DNA from: Candidatus Wallbacteria bacterium
GTDB taxonomy: Bacteria > Muiribacteriota > JAQTZZ01
Assembly: GCA_028687545.1 (NCBI GenBank)
Contig: JAQTZZ010000002.1
Coordinates: forward strand, 74,087-138,086
Length of the DNA: 64,000 nt
Direction of reading: 5' to 3'
In this document: one piece after another, positions 28,771-36,979 of the stretch
How positions within the stretch are numbered: position 1 is the first letter of the stretch
Layout of the letters: each line of letters starts with the position of its first letter
Program-made: the position numbers and the translations under genes
The notes under the pieces: generated by a model
The model's database searches: none
What the model was told of the DNA's origin: nothing
The model's input: the letters and a program-made list of their open reading frames with translations, nothing else

Positions 28771-29638
28771 CGCTGAATTGCCCGGAATATGGGTCCCATG
28801 TTCCTGCAACAGTAATCGGCCGGTGACTGTCGTTATAATAATCATCCCAGAAGGTCAGGTCCCGTTCCAGATAATTATCGAGTCTGGCAAACTGGGAACA
28901 CATGAAGGAAACAGCATAATAATGCTGGACATGCATCGCAGTCTGGTAACCATTAGGCAGAATCGCATGGTTATTTGTATCAAAGCCATAGCCGTTAGGC
29001 ACCAGCAGATTTCCGAAATCGTCCTTGAAAACAGGCCCGCCATAGGTATGGGCGGCAATGAACAGAGGCGGGGCTACTGCGCCGCCCCAGAAGTCTCCGT
29101 ATGTCGAAAATCCGCATTGCGGCCAGCGCAGGCATCTGTTCTGATAATTATCGTAATAATGGCCGAAGTGGGTGCCACTGCCTCCACCAAGATTCCACCA
29201 GTTGACTCCATAGCCGGCATACAGCCACTCTCCGTTCGGCTGCATCACACAACGGTAAAAGTTCCTGCCGATCAGAATTGCAGGATCGTAACCTTCTGCA
29301 GTAAGCCTAGCCAGCTCAGCGGGTGTGACGCGCGGAGTCTGGAAATCCGTTGTCTTGTTGCAGAGCAGGTAGACATTGTTGAACATGTCGACAGCGATCG
29401 CCTTGCCGGAATCTCCGGGCATGAAAAGACGCTTGGCCTTGGGGTCTGAACCATTGTCCACGATGACTGTCTCTGAGCTTTCAGTGAAAGGCCCGTAAAC
29501 GCCTTTGTTTAGCCCGTCTCCGACCAGAATGTAAACCTGGCCGTTCCTTTTATAAATCTCGCTGTTGGCATAAGAAGGCGCACAATATCCGCTATAAACG
29601 ATTAGAAACAGGAGAAACAATACAAGGATTTTCTTCAT
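24434..29638 (-). CDS. Giant secreted protein, paralog B (1734 aa), unknown function
   Basis: It has a signal peptide MKKILVLFLLFLIVYSGYCA. The last ~60 aa are identical to paralog A, and the C-terminal 1400 aa are above 90% identical. The N-proximal segment is divergent. Confidence 0.7.
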   Translation of the reverse strand: MKKILVLFLLFLIVYSGYCAPSYANSEIYKRNGQVYILVGDGLNKGVYGPFTESSETVIVDNGSDPKAKRLFMPGDSGKAIAVDMFNNVYLLCNKTTDFQTPRVTPAELARLTAEGYDPAILIGRNFYRCVMQPNGEWLYAGYGVNWWNLGGGSGTHFGHYYDNYQNRCLRWPQCGFSTYGDFWGGAVAPPLFIAAHTYGGPVFKDDFGNLLVPNGYGFDTNNHAILPNGYQTAMHVQHYYAVSFMCSQFARLDNYLERDLTFWDDYYNDSHRPITVAGTWDPYSGQFSAFEQVFHLFQCNYSYEALGASCGDSPPGENYDKQPIVSPTGHMDIAVSCTGRRYFYTTIPDEILKIGQMETVETDAQGIGYMKPTAMTAAFVQCNLPDRTISIGAATKDRSSDWFYYSESPQMAVCDQWDGLGGIKYELLPDLRSFNRSKMIGGYQIDPSGGLSGSPTEDNTMNFSIPATIPGTIETIAADGNGNIYYGIRTQEQKPAGWNPDTAWPPDQIKNLQDYTYVPLPGDPPPTPAQAALTKRWVSVLSDGWYYRVYRVKENNIADHYLMFKIFIGGNLYLRQDYGWMAGNQVVWDPQFSHGAVLDLSSGIDVRKLDLDIAVVNIAGPPIAGDDISHVDFALTDGSMNPIQPKDPTKPNDDYVPEDQWCDYYIENPPSFAGDRLNKNNNYGEQTLKNHQPVNFNGFTGGYPIGLIEGTNAGPGLIYYVRVIDVLQSNNVLYEFWMPNATSGNKVTGEKVDPTVTPVIDGQPQNVLTNAGQGVKIDIKVTNEPDNYLYLVSGQPQIERKGFKILFRDRGIYKIQVMGVYQRYNYETMKYPSFIDERVSLGYAMATSCFSTIDWRSAACFLPGGYTPSNPPDAWKKSNMNFIAEHVVHVGNENAPTPGYIHQVNIHAPQQVDEDTGVPIYATFYVQWGKYFQYHLGDASITSKVDSYDGVGIWNYDKPSPGGDGRKPNNYKPSVNTDINDKAACLTGSPGDLVAGGSADINSDGKSTLEDYPYNGIDVPVSNDNGTGIFGTSQLDPGAGNSHLDRKKDWGEIQYHWYVGAFIFDNSSGTPIYRWTQTMIKKGDLSDDTVVEYRNNTDGPLDETVPWDTWNPPNFADRQVFKVKLNLTPQQKLFEFVMPLSGAPDSKFACYYLWLDFDYPCVKWEPRDQVPDVVPPKYNYYDLTCDTKRHTSYHDIDTASPNSKDFGYQIEVVDTEGPALYYYVTDDYADGGTTADLFPREIQYVVLDNNPNVALKPNDFKLRVQIENPTANSGNRRFDQLQDRTVDSVYTDYQSQLDTSVQIPEGSLVDLSGDSKIDDDFALLIGSVDTPPDDSSYYHVSQPGKLGGLMRYMHRFLYLYNPKDTVGPLPENYASYLYWYVYGTDGKGNYLNSNGTPIIPPEAAGEAVDPIAPWKYAAKLLVHDNDPPELSFTVVIPKLNRVIKYQVADDDRDDIFLEPKYGFGDEGMGGTRIDDSTTPGLTALVDNTEWGGTGLNPLNNGTSERGKIRIIVTGDGKNEPRLVDGNDETVDKPLNIFDYFIDKNVYSLDAIDQPMPGNNYMKAEFFDFSQYIGDKTPDKPNVLGIDEDMRVAFEVKARDNVDCIENQPFISHNLIEGHNGAFPVTFAGNVKIEVKKTPGVTDPDGAWINLPTENIPIMTDNTGHKHAIFFTQFKESTRLDFEQLPLEPELLKISVTDKSNNTRAILVPFWILDTKLMDELLKRQKTRIEYNHE

Positions 29639-29747
29639 TACTCCGCTCCCCCTATCGATAATTTTTCATCTTCTAGAGTATCCGTGCAATTTATTAGTAT
29701 TATTATTATATTACTTTCCTTAGTCGCCATTGTTTCGTCAGGCAGTG

Positions 29748-30716
29748 TCACTTCGCTTTCAAACTATCCTTCAGGTATTGGATTACAGCAGCCTTGAATT
29801 TAGGGCTGATCTCGCTGTTATCAAGGAGCGCGGATACCACATCAACAGTAAGATCATGGCTCTCACCCAGAATGAATTCGTTTAAATCCTCTCTTTTGAA
29901 GGGTAATCTTTTTTCGCTGAAACCGGAGATGAAAGACTTGATGAAGATTTTTGCTCCTTCGTCAGGTCCCGCTTTATCGTCTTTATGAGTCTTCGGTTCT
30001 CCGCTCACGACCATGTTCATCCTGTCATAATCCCCACCCGCGTTTCCGGGGGATGTGGTCTTTTCTGAGCTGAATTCATTATCATAAAAACTGCTGTTCA
30101 GAATCAGCTGGATTCCGCTCTTCCCTGCAACTTTTTTCAGAGTATCCTTGATTTCGGCCATTATCTGGTCGATCTCCCTGGAAGTTTCAGCAGGAGAATA
30201 AAACTCCACCAGAAATTCGGAGTTTATCAATTTTTCCTGCTCGGATTTAAGTTCATCAGATTGAATTTCAATGGAATCCAGCTTCTTCTGATAAGGGCTC
30301 AAGGCCCGTTCCATTTCCTCATGCTGTTTCAGGGTGTTGGTTAATTCCGAAGGATTGGAGCTGGCAGCTTTCTGCTGCTGCTCCCAGATACTGCTCTGTT
30401 CTCCCAGGATTCTGATGCTGAGCCGGTTTTTTTCCTCATCCAGAGCATTGAGTTTTTTCTTTATTTCTTCCTGTTTCGATTTGTTTTTGGCTCTGATTCT
30501 CTCCTGTTCCAGTTTCCGGTTTTTTAAAGTGTCCGCTATCACCGAATCCGTGAGTCTGCCCTCGATCGGCCGCATGAAAGTGTGGAACTCAGGATAATAA
30601 TAAAGCAGCACTTGAGGATGATAATAAAACGCCAGGTTAAGATCGACAGTGCCGACCGGCTCGGTCAAGGCAGCAAAGATGGCAGCCAGTAAAAAAATGA
30701 TGGAAAGGTATTTCAT
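29748..30716 (-). CDS. Skp/OmpH-like chaperone paralog (322 aa), upstream of giant gene B
   Basis: It is about 50% identical to 18404..19366 and carries the same EPVGTVDLNLAFYYHP motif. A coiled coil is present, as is the segment VAGKSGIQLILNS. Confidence 0.45.
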   Translation of the reverse strand: MKYLSIIFLLAAIFAALTEPVGTVDLNLAFYYHPQVLLYYYPEFHTFMRPIEGRLTDSVIADTLKNRKLEQERIRAKNKSKQEEIKKKLNALDEEKNRLSIRILGEQSSIWEQQQKAASSNPSELTNTLKQHEEMERALSPYQKKLDSIEIQSDELKSEQEKLINSEFLVEFYSPAETSREIDQIMAEIKDTLKKVAGKSGIQLILNSSFYDNEFSSEKTTSPGNAGGDYDRMNMVVSGEPKTHKDDKAGPDEGAKIFIKSFISGFSEKRLPFKREDLNEFILGESHDLTVDVVSALLDNSEISPKFKAAVIQYLKDSLKAK

Positions 30717-31570
30717 CGTGATTCCTCCTGTTTGAACGTATTGATAAGAATTTCCTGCAATTCCGAGGAAACCTTGTATTTTTCAAAAAGTATCCTCACT
30801 GCTTCCCAGGTATAATCAGCCCCGCCGCACAGAATAAAATTTTCCCTGCCTGCTAAAAAATTCTGCCTGAAATAAAACCCGTATTTCATGAAATTGTTAA
30901 ATTTTCCCCGTTCCTGATCATTGAAATTATCCTTATCAGGATTGCAGAGCTCCAGGATGGGAAATTTATAGCAGTTTTCAGCTCTGGAGGGGGCTCCGGG
31001 ATAAAATATCAGTTTTTCCAGTTTACAGGATTTTTTTAACCGGGTAAGAGCAGCCAATACATCGTCCTTGATCTGTTTCCTCAATTTATCCTGCTCATCT
31101 TTGCCTGCCAGATAAAAGGAACCGAGTTTTACAGTCAAAGTATCGATTTTTCCGATGTTTTTACTGATTTGTTCTCGATTTTTCTCCCTTTCCAAAAGAT
31201 AACCTTTTTCTGTTTCAGTTGAGGCTTTTGAGCCGCTGGCAGCTTGATCACGCCGGTATCTTTCGAAAAGTTCGAGATTCTTGGATTCCAGCAGCTTGTT
31301 TTCTTTTTCCAGTCCTTTGATCTGCTGAAGTGCTTGTGCTCCCATCCTCTCTACGTCGGTAACCATATCCGAGTGAAGATAAACAAGATTCTGGATACTG
31401 AACTCGTTGTTTTTCAAGAATTTGGCTGTTATAAATCCATCGTTTTCAGGCAGATAGAAGAAAATGTTGTAAGGGTGAAACCTGAGCAGCAAAGCCAGAT
31501 CCACACTGCCGAAATCAGCGCAGGCTGGAAAGATGGCAGTTAAAACAGCGGCTAGAAAGAGCCTTTTCAT
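30713..31570 (-). CDS. Second Skp/OmpH-like paralog (285 aa) of operon B
   Basis: It is a paralog of 19363..20235 and carries the same DFGSVDLALLLRFHPY motif. It overlaps the downstream gene by 4 bp (ATGA). Confidence 0.4.
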   Translation of the reverse strand: MKRLFLAAVLTAIFPACADFGSVDLALLLRFHPYNIFFYLPENDGFITAKFLKNNEFSIQNLVYLHSDMVTDVERMGAQALQQIKGLEKENKLLESKNLELFERYRRDQAASGSKASTETEKGYLLEREKNREQISKNIGKIDTLTVKLGSFYLAGKDEQDKLRKQIKDDVLAALTRLKKSCKLEKLIFYPGAPSRAENCYKFPILELCNPDKDNFNDQERGKFNNFMKYGFYFRQNFLAGRENFILCGGADYTWEAVRILFEKYKVSSELQEILINTFKQEESR

Positions 31571-31671
31571 ATTTTTCCTTTCCGGAGGAGAAGTGATTTG
31601 TCCCCCTGATATGTAAATAAATCAAGGCCAAATAAAATCCCGGCATTTCCTGGATCTGGAAACTATCAGTA

Positions 31672-31700
31672 ATTTTATCCGCGATCCTGCTATCTGTCAA
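31672..31700 (-). promoter_or_regulatory. Sigma70-type promoter (TTGACA-N17-TAAAAT) for operon B
   Basis: On the minus strand, TTGACA (plus-strand 31695..31700) is followed by a 17-nt spacer GATAGCAGGATCGCGGA and then TAAAAT (plus-strand 31672..31677). The flanking sequence is conserved with copy A. Confidence 0.5.
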
Positions 31701-31771
31701 CTAAGCCCAAAGATAACTATTTACCAAATATTGTGGTCTCGGGTAAAAGATAATGTTAAACTTTAAACGGA

Positions 31772-32716
31772 ATGAGAAAATCAACCGGATTTTTTTACCT
31801 CTTGATTTTAGCCGGGACTCTGCTTTGCAAGGGCTGCGGGGACTCTCCCCAGGTGATTGTCTTTCATGCCGGCAGCCTTTCCAGGCTGATGTCTGATCTG
31901 AAAGCCGGATTCGAAGCCGCTAATCCCGGGGTGGAAGTCATCCTGGAGGCCTCAGGAAGCATCCCTGCCTGCCGTAAAACCTCTGAGCTGCATCGCCAGG
32001 CAGACATCATCGCAGTCTCGGATTCTCAGGTAATTGAAAGACTGCTTTATCCGAAGTTTTCTGACTGGTCCCTTGTTTTCGCAGGAAATAAAATGGGAAT
32101 AGCCTATGGGGAACATTCGAAATACGGCGAAGAAATTAATTCAGACAACTGGTTTGAAATCCTCTCCCGCAAGGACGTGAAACTTGGACGGGCCGATCCT
32201 GACCTTGATCCCTGCGGCTATCGCACGCTTTTCTGCTGGAAGCTATCAGACGTTTTCTATCAGGAAAAGCTTGCCGGGAAAAGCATCGCCGCCTCACTTG
32301 AAGCGAACTGCCCTCCGGCAAACATGCGGCCGTTCGAGCTGGAACTGGTGGCACTCCTGCAGAGCTATGCTTTGGATTACGTTTTCATCTATGAATCGAT
32401 CGCCAGGCAGTTCAATCTGAAGTTTGTGGACCTTCCGGATAAAATCAATCTGGGTACCACCACAGAAGCCGCTTTTTATTCCAGCGTGGATTTCCAAGTA
32501 AACGGAGGCGGGGAGAAGGAATTTACAGTCTCTGGGCAACAGATCTGTTATGCCTTCACGATCCCTGAAAGTGCTCCCCACCCGCAATTGGCCCTCAAAT
32601 TCGGTGAATTCATGCTGAAAAGCAGGGAAATCTCCGACAACTTCTATCAGACAGTGGAAGCAGCCTCGCTGCACCCCGAAAATCTTCCTCGTGAACTGAG
32701 GAAACTGCTGCCATGA
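31772..32716 (+). CDS. Molybdate/tungstate-type ABC substrate-binding protein (copy B)
   Basis: It has a signal peptide with a lipobox-like LCKGC. The segment VIVFHAGSLSRLMSDLKAGFEAANPGVEVILEASGS matches the type. It is a paralog of 22673..23605. Confidence 0.65.
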   Translation: MRKSTGFFYLLILAGTLLCKGCGDSPQVIVFHAGSLSRLMSDLKAGFEAANPGVEVILEASGSIPACRKTSELHRQADIIAVSDSQVIERLLYPKFSDWSLVFAGNKMGIAYGEHSKYGEEINSDNWFEILSRKDVKLGRADPDLDPCGYRTLFCWKLSDVFYQEKLAGKSIAASLEANCPPANMRPFELELVALLQSYALDYVFIYESIARQFNLKFVDLPDKINLGTTTEAAFYSSVDFQVNGGGEKEFTVSGQQICYAFTIPESAPHPQLALKFGEFMLKSREISDNFYQTVEAASLHPENLPRELRKLLP

Positions 32717-33375
32717 AAAGCCGGATTCTCATGCTGTGCGCCGTTTTTCTGCTGAGAATTGCTTCAGCCTGTCCGGCTTACACAGTGATGGATTCAACCA
32801 ACAATGACATGAAGGCGGCTTCAGCCAAACTATACTGGAGCGTGATCTTCTCGCTGAACAAATATGAGACCGGAACTTCGGAAGCGTCAGTTTTCAGAAC
32901 TAACTGGGATCAGCTTTCCTCTGTCTGGATGTTGTTTCAGACTAAGCTCGAAAACTGGCTGCGCCTGCTGCCTGAAGATCTGGGGCGGAAGGACTGGGAA
33001 AACGCCCTGAAGTCATTCTCTGATAACATCCAGACCATTAGAACCCAGATCGCGGCAGGCAGCCTGGAAATTTCGCTGGCAACAGCAGCCGAACTCAAAA
33101 CAGAACTCCTGCTTTTTTATCATTGCAATCCCCTGGACGGGGCAAAATATGCAGCTGAAACAGGCGATAAATTGCTGCTTGCAAAAGTGGCTGCGAATCT
33201 CTCCCTTCTCAAGGACCTCCCTGAACCATTGCTTGAATTCCGGAAACACCTGAATAGTCTTTATGAGAATTTCGACGATGCGCACTGCAGGGAATTTCTT
33301 GTCTGGAGGGAATCTCAAAGAATAAATCTGAAGAAGGAGTTGAGCGCTTACTTTGAAAAGCACAGCTGGTATTGA
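32713..33375 (+). CDS. Small secreted protein of unknown function (copy B)
   Basis: It has a signal peptide and the motif LFQTKLENWLRLLPED. It overlaps the upstream gene by 4 bp. Confidence 0.45.
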   Translation: MKSRILMLCAVFLLRIASACPAYTVMDSTNNDMKAASAKLYWSVIFSLNKYETGTSEASVFRTNWDQLSSVWMLFQTKLENWLRLLPEDLGRKDWENALKSFSDNIQTIRTQIAAGSLEISLATAAELKTELLLFYHCNPLDGAKYAAETGDKLLLAKVAANLSLLKDLPEPLLEFRKHLNSLYENFDDAHCREFLVWRESQRINLKKELSAYFEKHSWY

Positions 33376-34588
33376 CAGAATCGCAGCCGCTTTAGTCGTG
33401 CTGATACTGATCCACCTGCTTGTCTTTCCTCAGGTGATCGAAAAAATTCCCTTGCCAGGAGGAAAGACTGCCACAGACTGGCCGCTGGTGATGGTTGTAT
33501 TCTGCGCCAATCTCTTTTTTTTACTCTCCGGTTCCCTGCAGAGTGGAAGGCGCGGTTTCAGCTGGGAAATCTTTTTGTGCACTTATCTTCTACTGTTCGT
33601 GCTGATTTTCGTCCTGGCCGGGCGAGTGCTGTTCTTTGTGCTTTCGATATTTATGCTCTCAGGCTTGTATCATGACAAGCGCAAGCTGGGCTACCTTTTC
33701 CTGTTCCTGGCCTCGGTTCTGCTGGTATCAGCTTACTGGATCCCTGCTTTTATCTTATTTTCATTTCTTTACTACATTGTCCTGGAAACTGCCGGCAGAG
33801 TGGAAAATACCATGGAGAAGATATTCCTGGGCATCGGAATCTTACTTCTGCTCCTGCTGCTTTTCCCATTGATCAACCTGCTCTTTCAGTTCCAGGCGCA
33901 GACGCTTGTCGCATCCTTTTCTCCGGCACTGAAAGAGGCCCTGTTTACCAGTTGCCTGACCAGCGCGGTCTCCACGATCCTGATCCTTTTATTCGGTATA
34001 CCGCTCGCTTACATCATGGCCAGAAAGGAATTCGGCTGTAAACCTGTGATCGACGCGCTGATCGACCTGCCGATCATGGTTCCCCAGACTGCAGCGGGGA
34101 TAGCGATCCTGGTGCTGCTGGGGCCGAATACCCCGCTGGGAGAATTCTTTTCCGGATGTTTCGGTCTCTCTTTTGCCGGGAGCTATCTCGGGATCATCGC
34201 CTGCCAGATGTTCGTGAGCAGTCCTTTCCTGCTGCGTTCCGCGATCCATGCCTTCTCTGGAGTAGACCGCAGGCTGGAGAATGTCAGCCGTTCGCTCGGT
34301 GCGAAACCCCTGGCCACATTTCTCCGCGTCTCGCTGCCCCTGGCTTCTGCCGGTATCTTCAACGGCTGCATCCTCTGCTTTTCCAGAGCCATCTCCGAAG
34401 CCGGCAGCCTGATGATAGTCGCCTACAGGCCGGCCACAATCCCGATTCTGATCGACGACAACTTTTCCCGCTTCGGAGTGCGTGAAGCGGCTCCACTCTC
34501 AGTGCTGTTCATAATCATCTGCCTCTGGGGTTTCATAGTTTTGAAATGGCTTTATGAGACCAGGAAGAAGGCGGTGCTGCTGCCGTGA
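33353..34588 (+). CDS. ABC permease (ModB/WtpB-type) with an N-terminal membrane extension (copy B)
   Basis: It is a paralog of 20438..21700 and carries the EAA-loop region ENVSRSLGAKPLATFLRVSLPLASAGI. Confidence 0.7.
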   Translation: MKSTAGIDRIAAALVVLILIHLLVFPQVIEKIPLPGGKTATDWPLVMVVFCANLFFLLSGSLQSGRRGFSWEIFLCTYLLLFVLIFVLAGRVLFFVLSIFMLSGLYHDKRKLGYLFLFLASVLLVSAYWIPAFILFSFLYYIVLETAGRVENTMEKIFLGIGILLLLLLLFPLINLLFQFQAQTLVASFSPALKEALFTSCLTSAVSTILILLFGIPLAYIMARKEFGCKPVIDALIDLPIMVPQTAAGIAILVLLGPNTPLGEFFSGCFGLSFAGSYLGIIACQMFVSSPFLLRSAIHAFSGVDRRLENVSRSLGAKPLATFLRVSLPLASAGIFNGCILCFSRAISEAGSLMIVAYRPATIPILIDDNFSRFGVREAAPLSVLFIIICLWGFIVLKWLYETRKKAVLLP

Positions 34589-34604
34589 CGGAGAAAAATC
34601 CCAG

Positions 34605-35576
34605 ATGAACATCAGCTATCCGATCAAAAAACTCATGTCTGAACCGCTGCTTCCCATCAAAGGCAGCTGGATCGATGCCTTTCCTCTCTTACTGGTGTTC
34701 GGAATTTTACTTCTAGCTGCATTCCTCTTAGCCAGGAAAACCAGTTTCCACGAAATCCTGCGGAATCTCTGCCGGATCATGACTGCCTTCATTTTCGTAT
34801 TCTTTCTCTTCAAGTGCCTCTGCATCGTCAAGCTTGCAGCTTTCGGATTTTCCGAGATCGGCAAGGACGACCTGATCTCATTTTCCATGCTCTGGCTGAT
34901 CGCGGTCGTGGGCTCCGCGACTTTCCTGTTTGGCCGGATTTTCTGCGGTTTTCTCTGCCCGGTAGGGTTTCTGCAGGAAATATCCGGACGCTTTTCTCCG
35001 CTGAAACAAAGCTTCACGAAAAAAATCTATCTTTCCCTGCTTCTGATTCTGTCATCTCTGCTTCTCTATGAAGTCTGGCCTGCCAATGAGTTCGCCTTTG
35101 AATTCGTGATTGCCATCCTGAGCTTTATCATGGTGGGGATAGCGCTGCTGGTTCAATTCAGGCCTGATCTGGAACCTGCCCTGTTGAAAGCGAAGTATCC
35201 GATCCTGGCGGTCTACCTCTTCATCAGCGTGCTGGGAATCTATTTCAGTGAGGTCTGGTGCACCCTGTATGGAGCTGAAATCGACTATTCTTCGATCATT
35301 TCACTGCCCCTGGTGATTCTGGCCGCCCTGGCTGTCGGCATGCCATACTGCCGCTATGTCTGCCCGACCGGTTTTTTCCTGGCCCTCTGCAGTAAAACTT
35401 CTTTGTACTCCATCCACGGCAATTGCATTGACTGCGGCATGCCCTGCGGGAAAATATGTCCTTCAGGCGCTCTTTTCAAGGGAAAAATCGATCCCCTGCT
35501 CTGCATCTCATGCGGACGCTGCATAAAGAACTGCACTGCAGAATACAGAAGGCGAGACGGAAAACCGGATGTTTAA
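34605..35576 (+). CDS. NapH/MauN-family 4Fe-4S membrane protein (copy B)
   Basis: It carries FCGFLCPVGFLQE, YCRYVCPTGFF and a C-terminal ferredoxin-like cysteine cluster. I chose the start at 34605 (MNISYPIKK...) because it aligns with the copy-A N-terminus and sits 11 nt after a GGAG. The track ORF begins earlier, at 34554. Confidence 0.65.
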   Translation: MNISYPIKKLMSEPLLPIKGSWIDAFPLLLVFGILLLAAFLLARKTSFHEILRNLCRIMTAFIFVFFLFKCLCIVKLAAFGFSEIGKDDLISFSMLWLIAVVGSATFLFGRIFCGFLCPVGFLQEISGRFSPLKQSFTKKIYLSLLLILSSLLLYEVWPANEFAFEFVIAILSFIMVGIALLVQFRPDLEPALLKAKYPILAVYLFISVLGIYFSEVWCTLYGAEIDYSSIISLPLVILAALAVGMPYCRYVCPTGFFLALCSKTSLYSIHGNCIDCGMPCGKICPSGALFKGKIDPLLCISCGRCIKNCTAEYRRRDGKPDV

Positions 35577-36882
35577 ATGGCTCCTGATACCGCTTCTGCT
35601 CCTTTCCTGTACCGCTCAGGCAGCCGCAATTCCAGCTGACGATTCACCCTGGTACATGGCAGGAGGCGGCCCGGGCAAGGAAAACTGCACGAATCTGAAT
35701 TTTGATACACTCGAACTGCTCTGGACTTTTTCGCCAGGCCTGCATGTCTGGGAATACAGAAAAAGGATGAGCGTCTGGTCGGAATCAGTGGTTGCCGGAA
35801 CTGTCTCAGGCAGGCCCCTGCTTTTCTGCGGCAGCTATGATCACAATCTCTATTGCCTTGACGCCCGGACTGGCGCAAAGGTCTGGCGCTTCTCCACCGG
35901 CCTGCCGATCAACTCCTCCCCCTTGCTGATCGATTCCCAAAATGGGACCCGAGTATTCGTGGTTTCCACTGACAGGGTGGCCTACTGCCTGGATGCAGGT
36001 ACAGGCAGTAAAATCTGGTCCAGAGAGATCTATCCCTGGACTTTCACGGCTTTCGACGGCATCTTCCCTTCCCCGATCTCTGGTTCAGTGGGAAAGCGGG
36101 AACGCATTTTTCTCTCTGCCTGGTATGCGGACAACAAGCCGGTCAGGCCTGAACAGGCCGGCGTCGTTTTCTGCCTGGACCCTGAAACCGGGAGCACGGT
36201 CTGGATGAAGGCTGTCGGGAAAAGTCCCCTGTATTCGCCGGCCTTTATCAAGAAGGGTGACGGCGGCTGCCTGTACATCACTTCCGAAGACGGCAACATC
36301 TATTGTTTTGACGCAGAAAACGGCAGCCTGCTCTGGAAACACACCACTGCAGTCAATATGTCGTCTTCGCCAATGGTTGCAGCGACTCCGCAAAGGCGGC
36401 TTTACTCGGGAAACCTATTCGGGGTCTACTATGCACTTGACGCGGATTCCGGGGAGGAAATCTGGACATGCAAAATGGGAATGCAATGCATTTACCCGGG
36501 AGCATTGACCGGTTTGGGTGGAACTGTCCGCCTCTTTGTCGCGAATTTTGACCGCAATCTATATTGTCTCGACGCCAGGGAAGGCACAGTTTTATGGAAA
36601 TTCCAAACCGGAAAGTACAATGCAAGTTCACCGCTTTTGATCAATTTCAAGGGGGAGCAGGCTGTAGTTTTCCCATCACTGGATAACTCGCTTTATGTAG
36701 TACGGGCTTCAGACGGGAGCAGGATCTGGGAATACCGGATGGGAGAACGGCTCTGGGCTTATGATACAAGAGGGTGGACGCTCTGGCCGTCTCCGGTGGC
36801 TGTCAGGCTCGAAGGGAGAGCCCTTCTTCTGTTACCATGGTATGATGGGAAGATATATGCATTCAGTGCCGGTGCCGGCTGA
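35569..36882 (+). CDS. Secreted PQQ-like beta-propeller repeat protein (BamB-like fold)
   Basis: It has a signal peptide. Repeats such as LYCLDARTGAKVWRF, AYCLDAGTGSKIWSREI, IYCFDAENGSLLWKH and LYCLDAREGTVLWKF recur. It overlaps the upstream gene by 8 bp. Confidence 0.7.
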   Translation: MFKWLLIPLLLLSCTAQAAAIPADDSPWYMAGGGPGKENCTNLNFDTLELLWTFSPGLHVWEYRKRMSVWSESVVAGTVSGRPLLFCGSYDHNLYCLDARTGAKVWRFSTGLPINSSPLLIDSQNGTRVFVVSTDRVAYCLDAGTGSKIWSREIYPWTFTAFDGIFPSPISGSVGKRERIFLSAWYADNKPVRPEQAGVVFCLDPETGSTVWMKAVGKSPLYSPAFIKKGDGGCLYITSEDGNIYCFDAENGSLLWKHTTAVNMSSSPMVAATPQRRLYSGNLFGVYYALDADSGEEIWTCKMGMQCIYPGALTGLGGTVRLFVANFDRNLYCLDAREGTVLWKFQTGKYNASSPLLINFKGEQAVVFPSLDNSLYVVRASDGSRIWEYRMGERLWAYDTRGWTLWPSPVAVRLEGRALLLLPWYDGKIYAFSAGAG

Positions 36883-36979
36883 TTATTTCGCGCTGTACAG
36901 CTGGTGGAAACAAACGGGGGAAAATCCCTGATTGCTTTGATTTGACTGCATTTCAATAGTTTAGTATCATCAATCATGC

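Noticed and set aside
28406-29449. 347 aa plus-strand ORF, together with 17484..18074 and other plus-strand ORFs inside the giant paralogs
   Set aside because: They are antisense shadows of the giant minus-strand CDSs. The same shadow appears in both copies because the DNA is near-identical.
36929-36967. TTGACT ... TAGTAT as a sigma70 promoter for the STAND gene
   Set aside because: The spacer is only 14 nt, outside the 16-18 nt range. No confident promoter call is possible.
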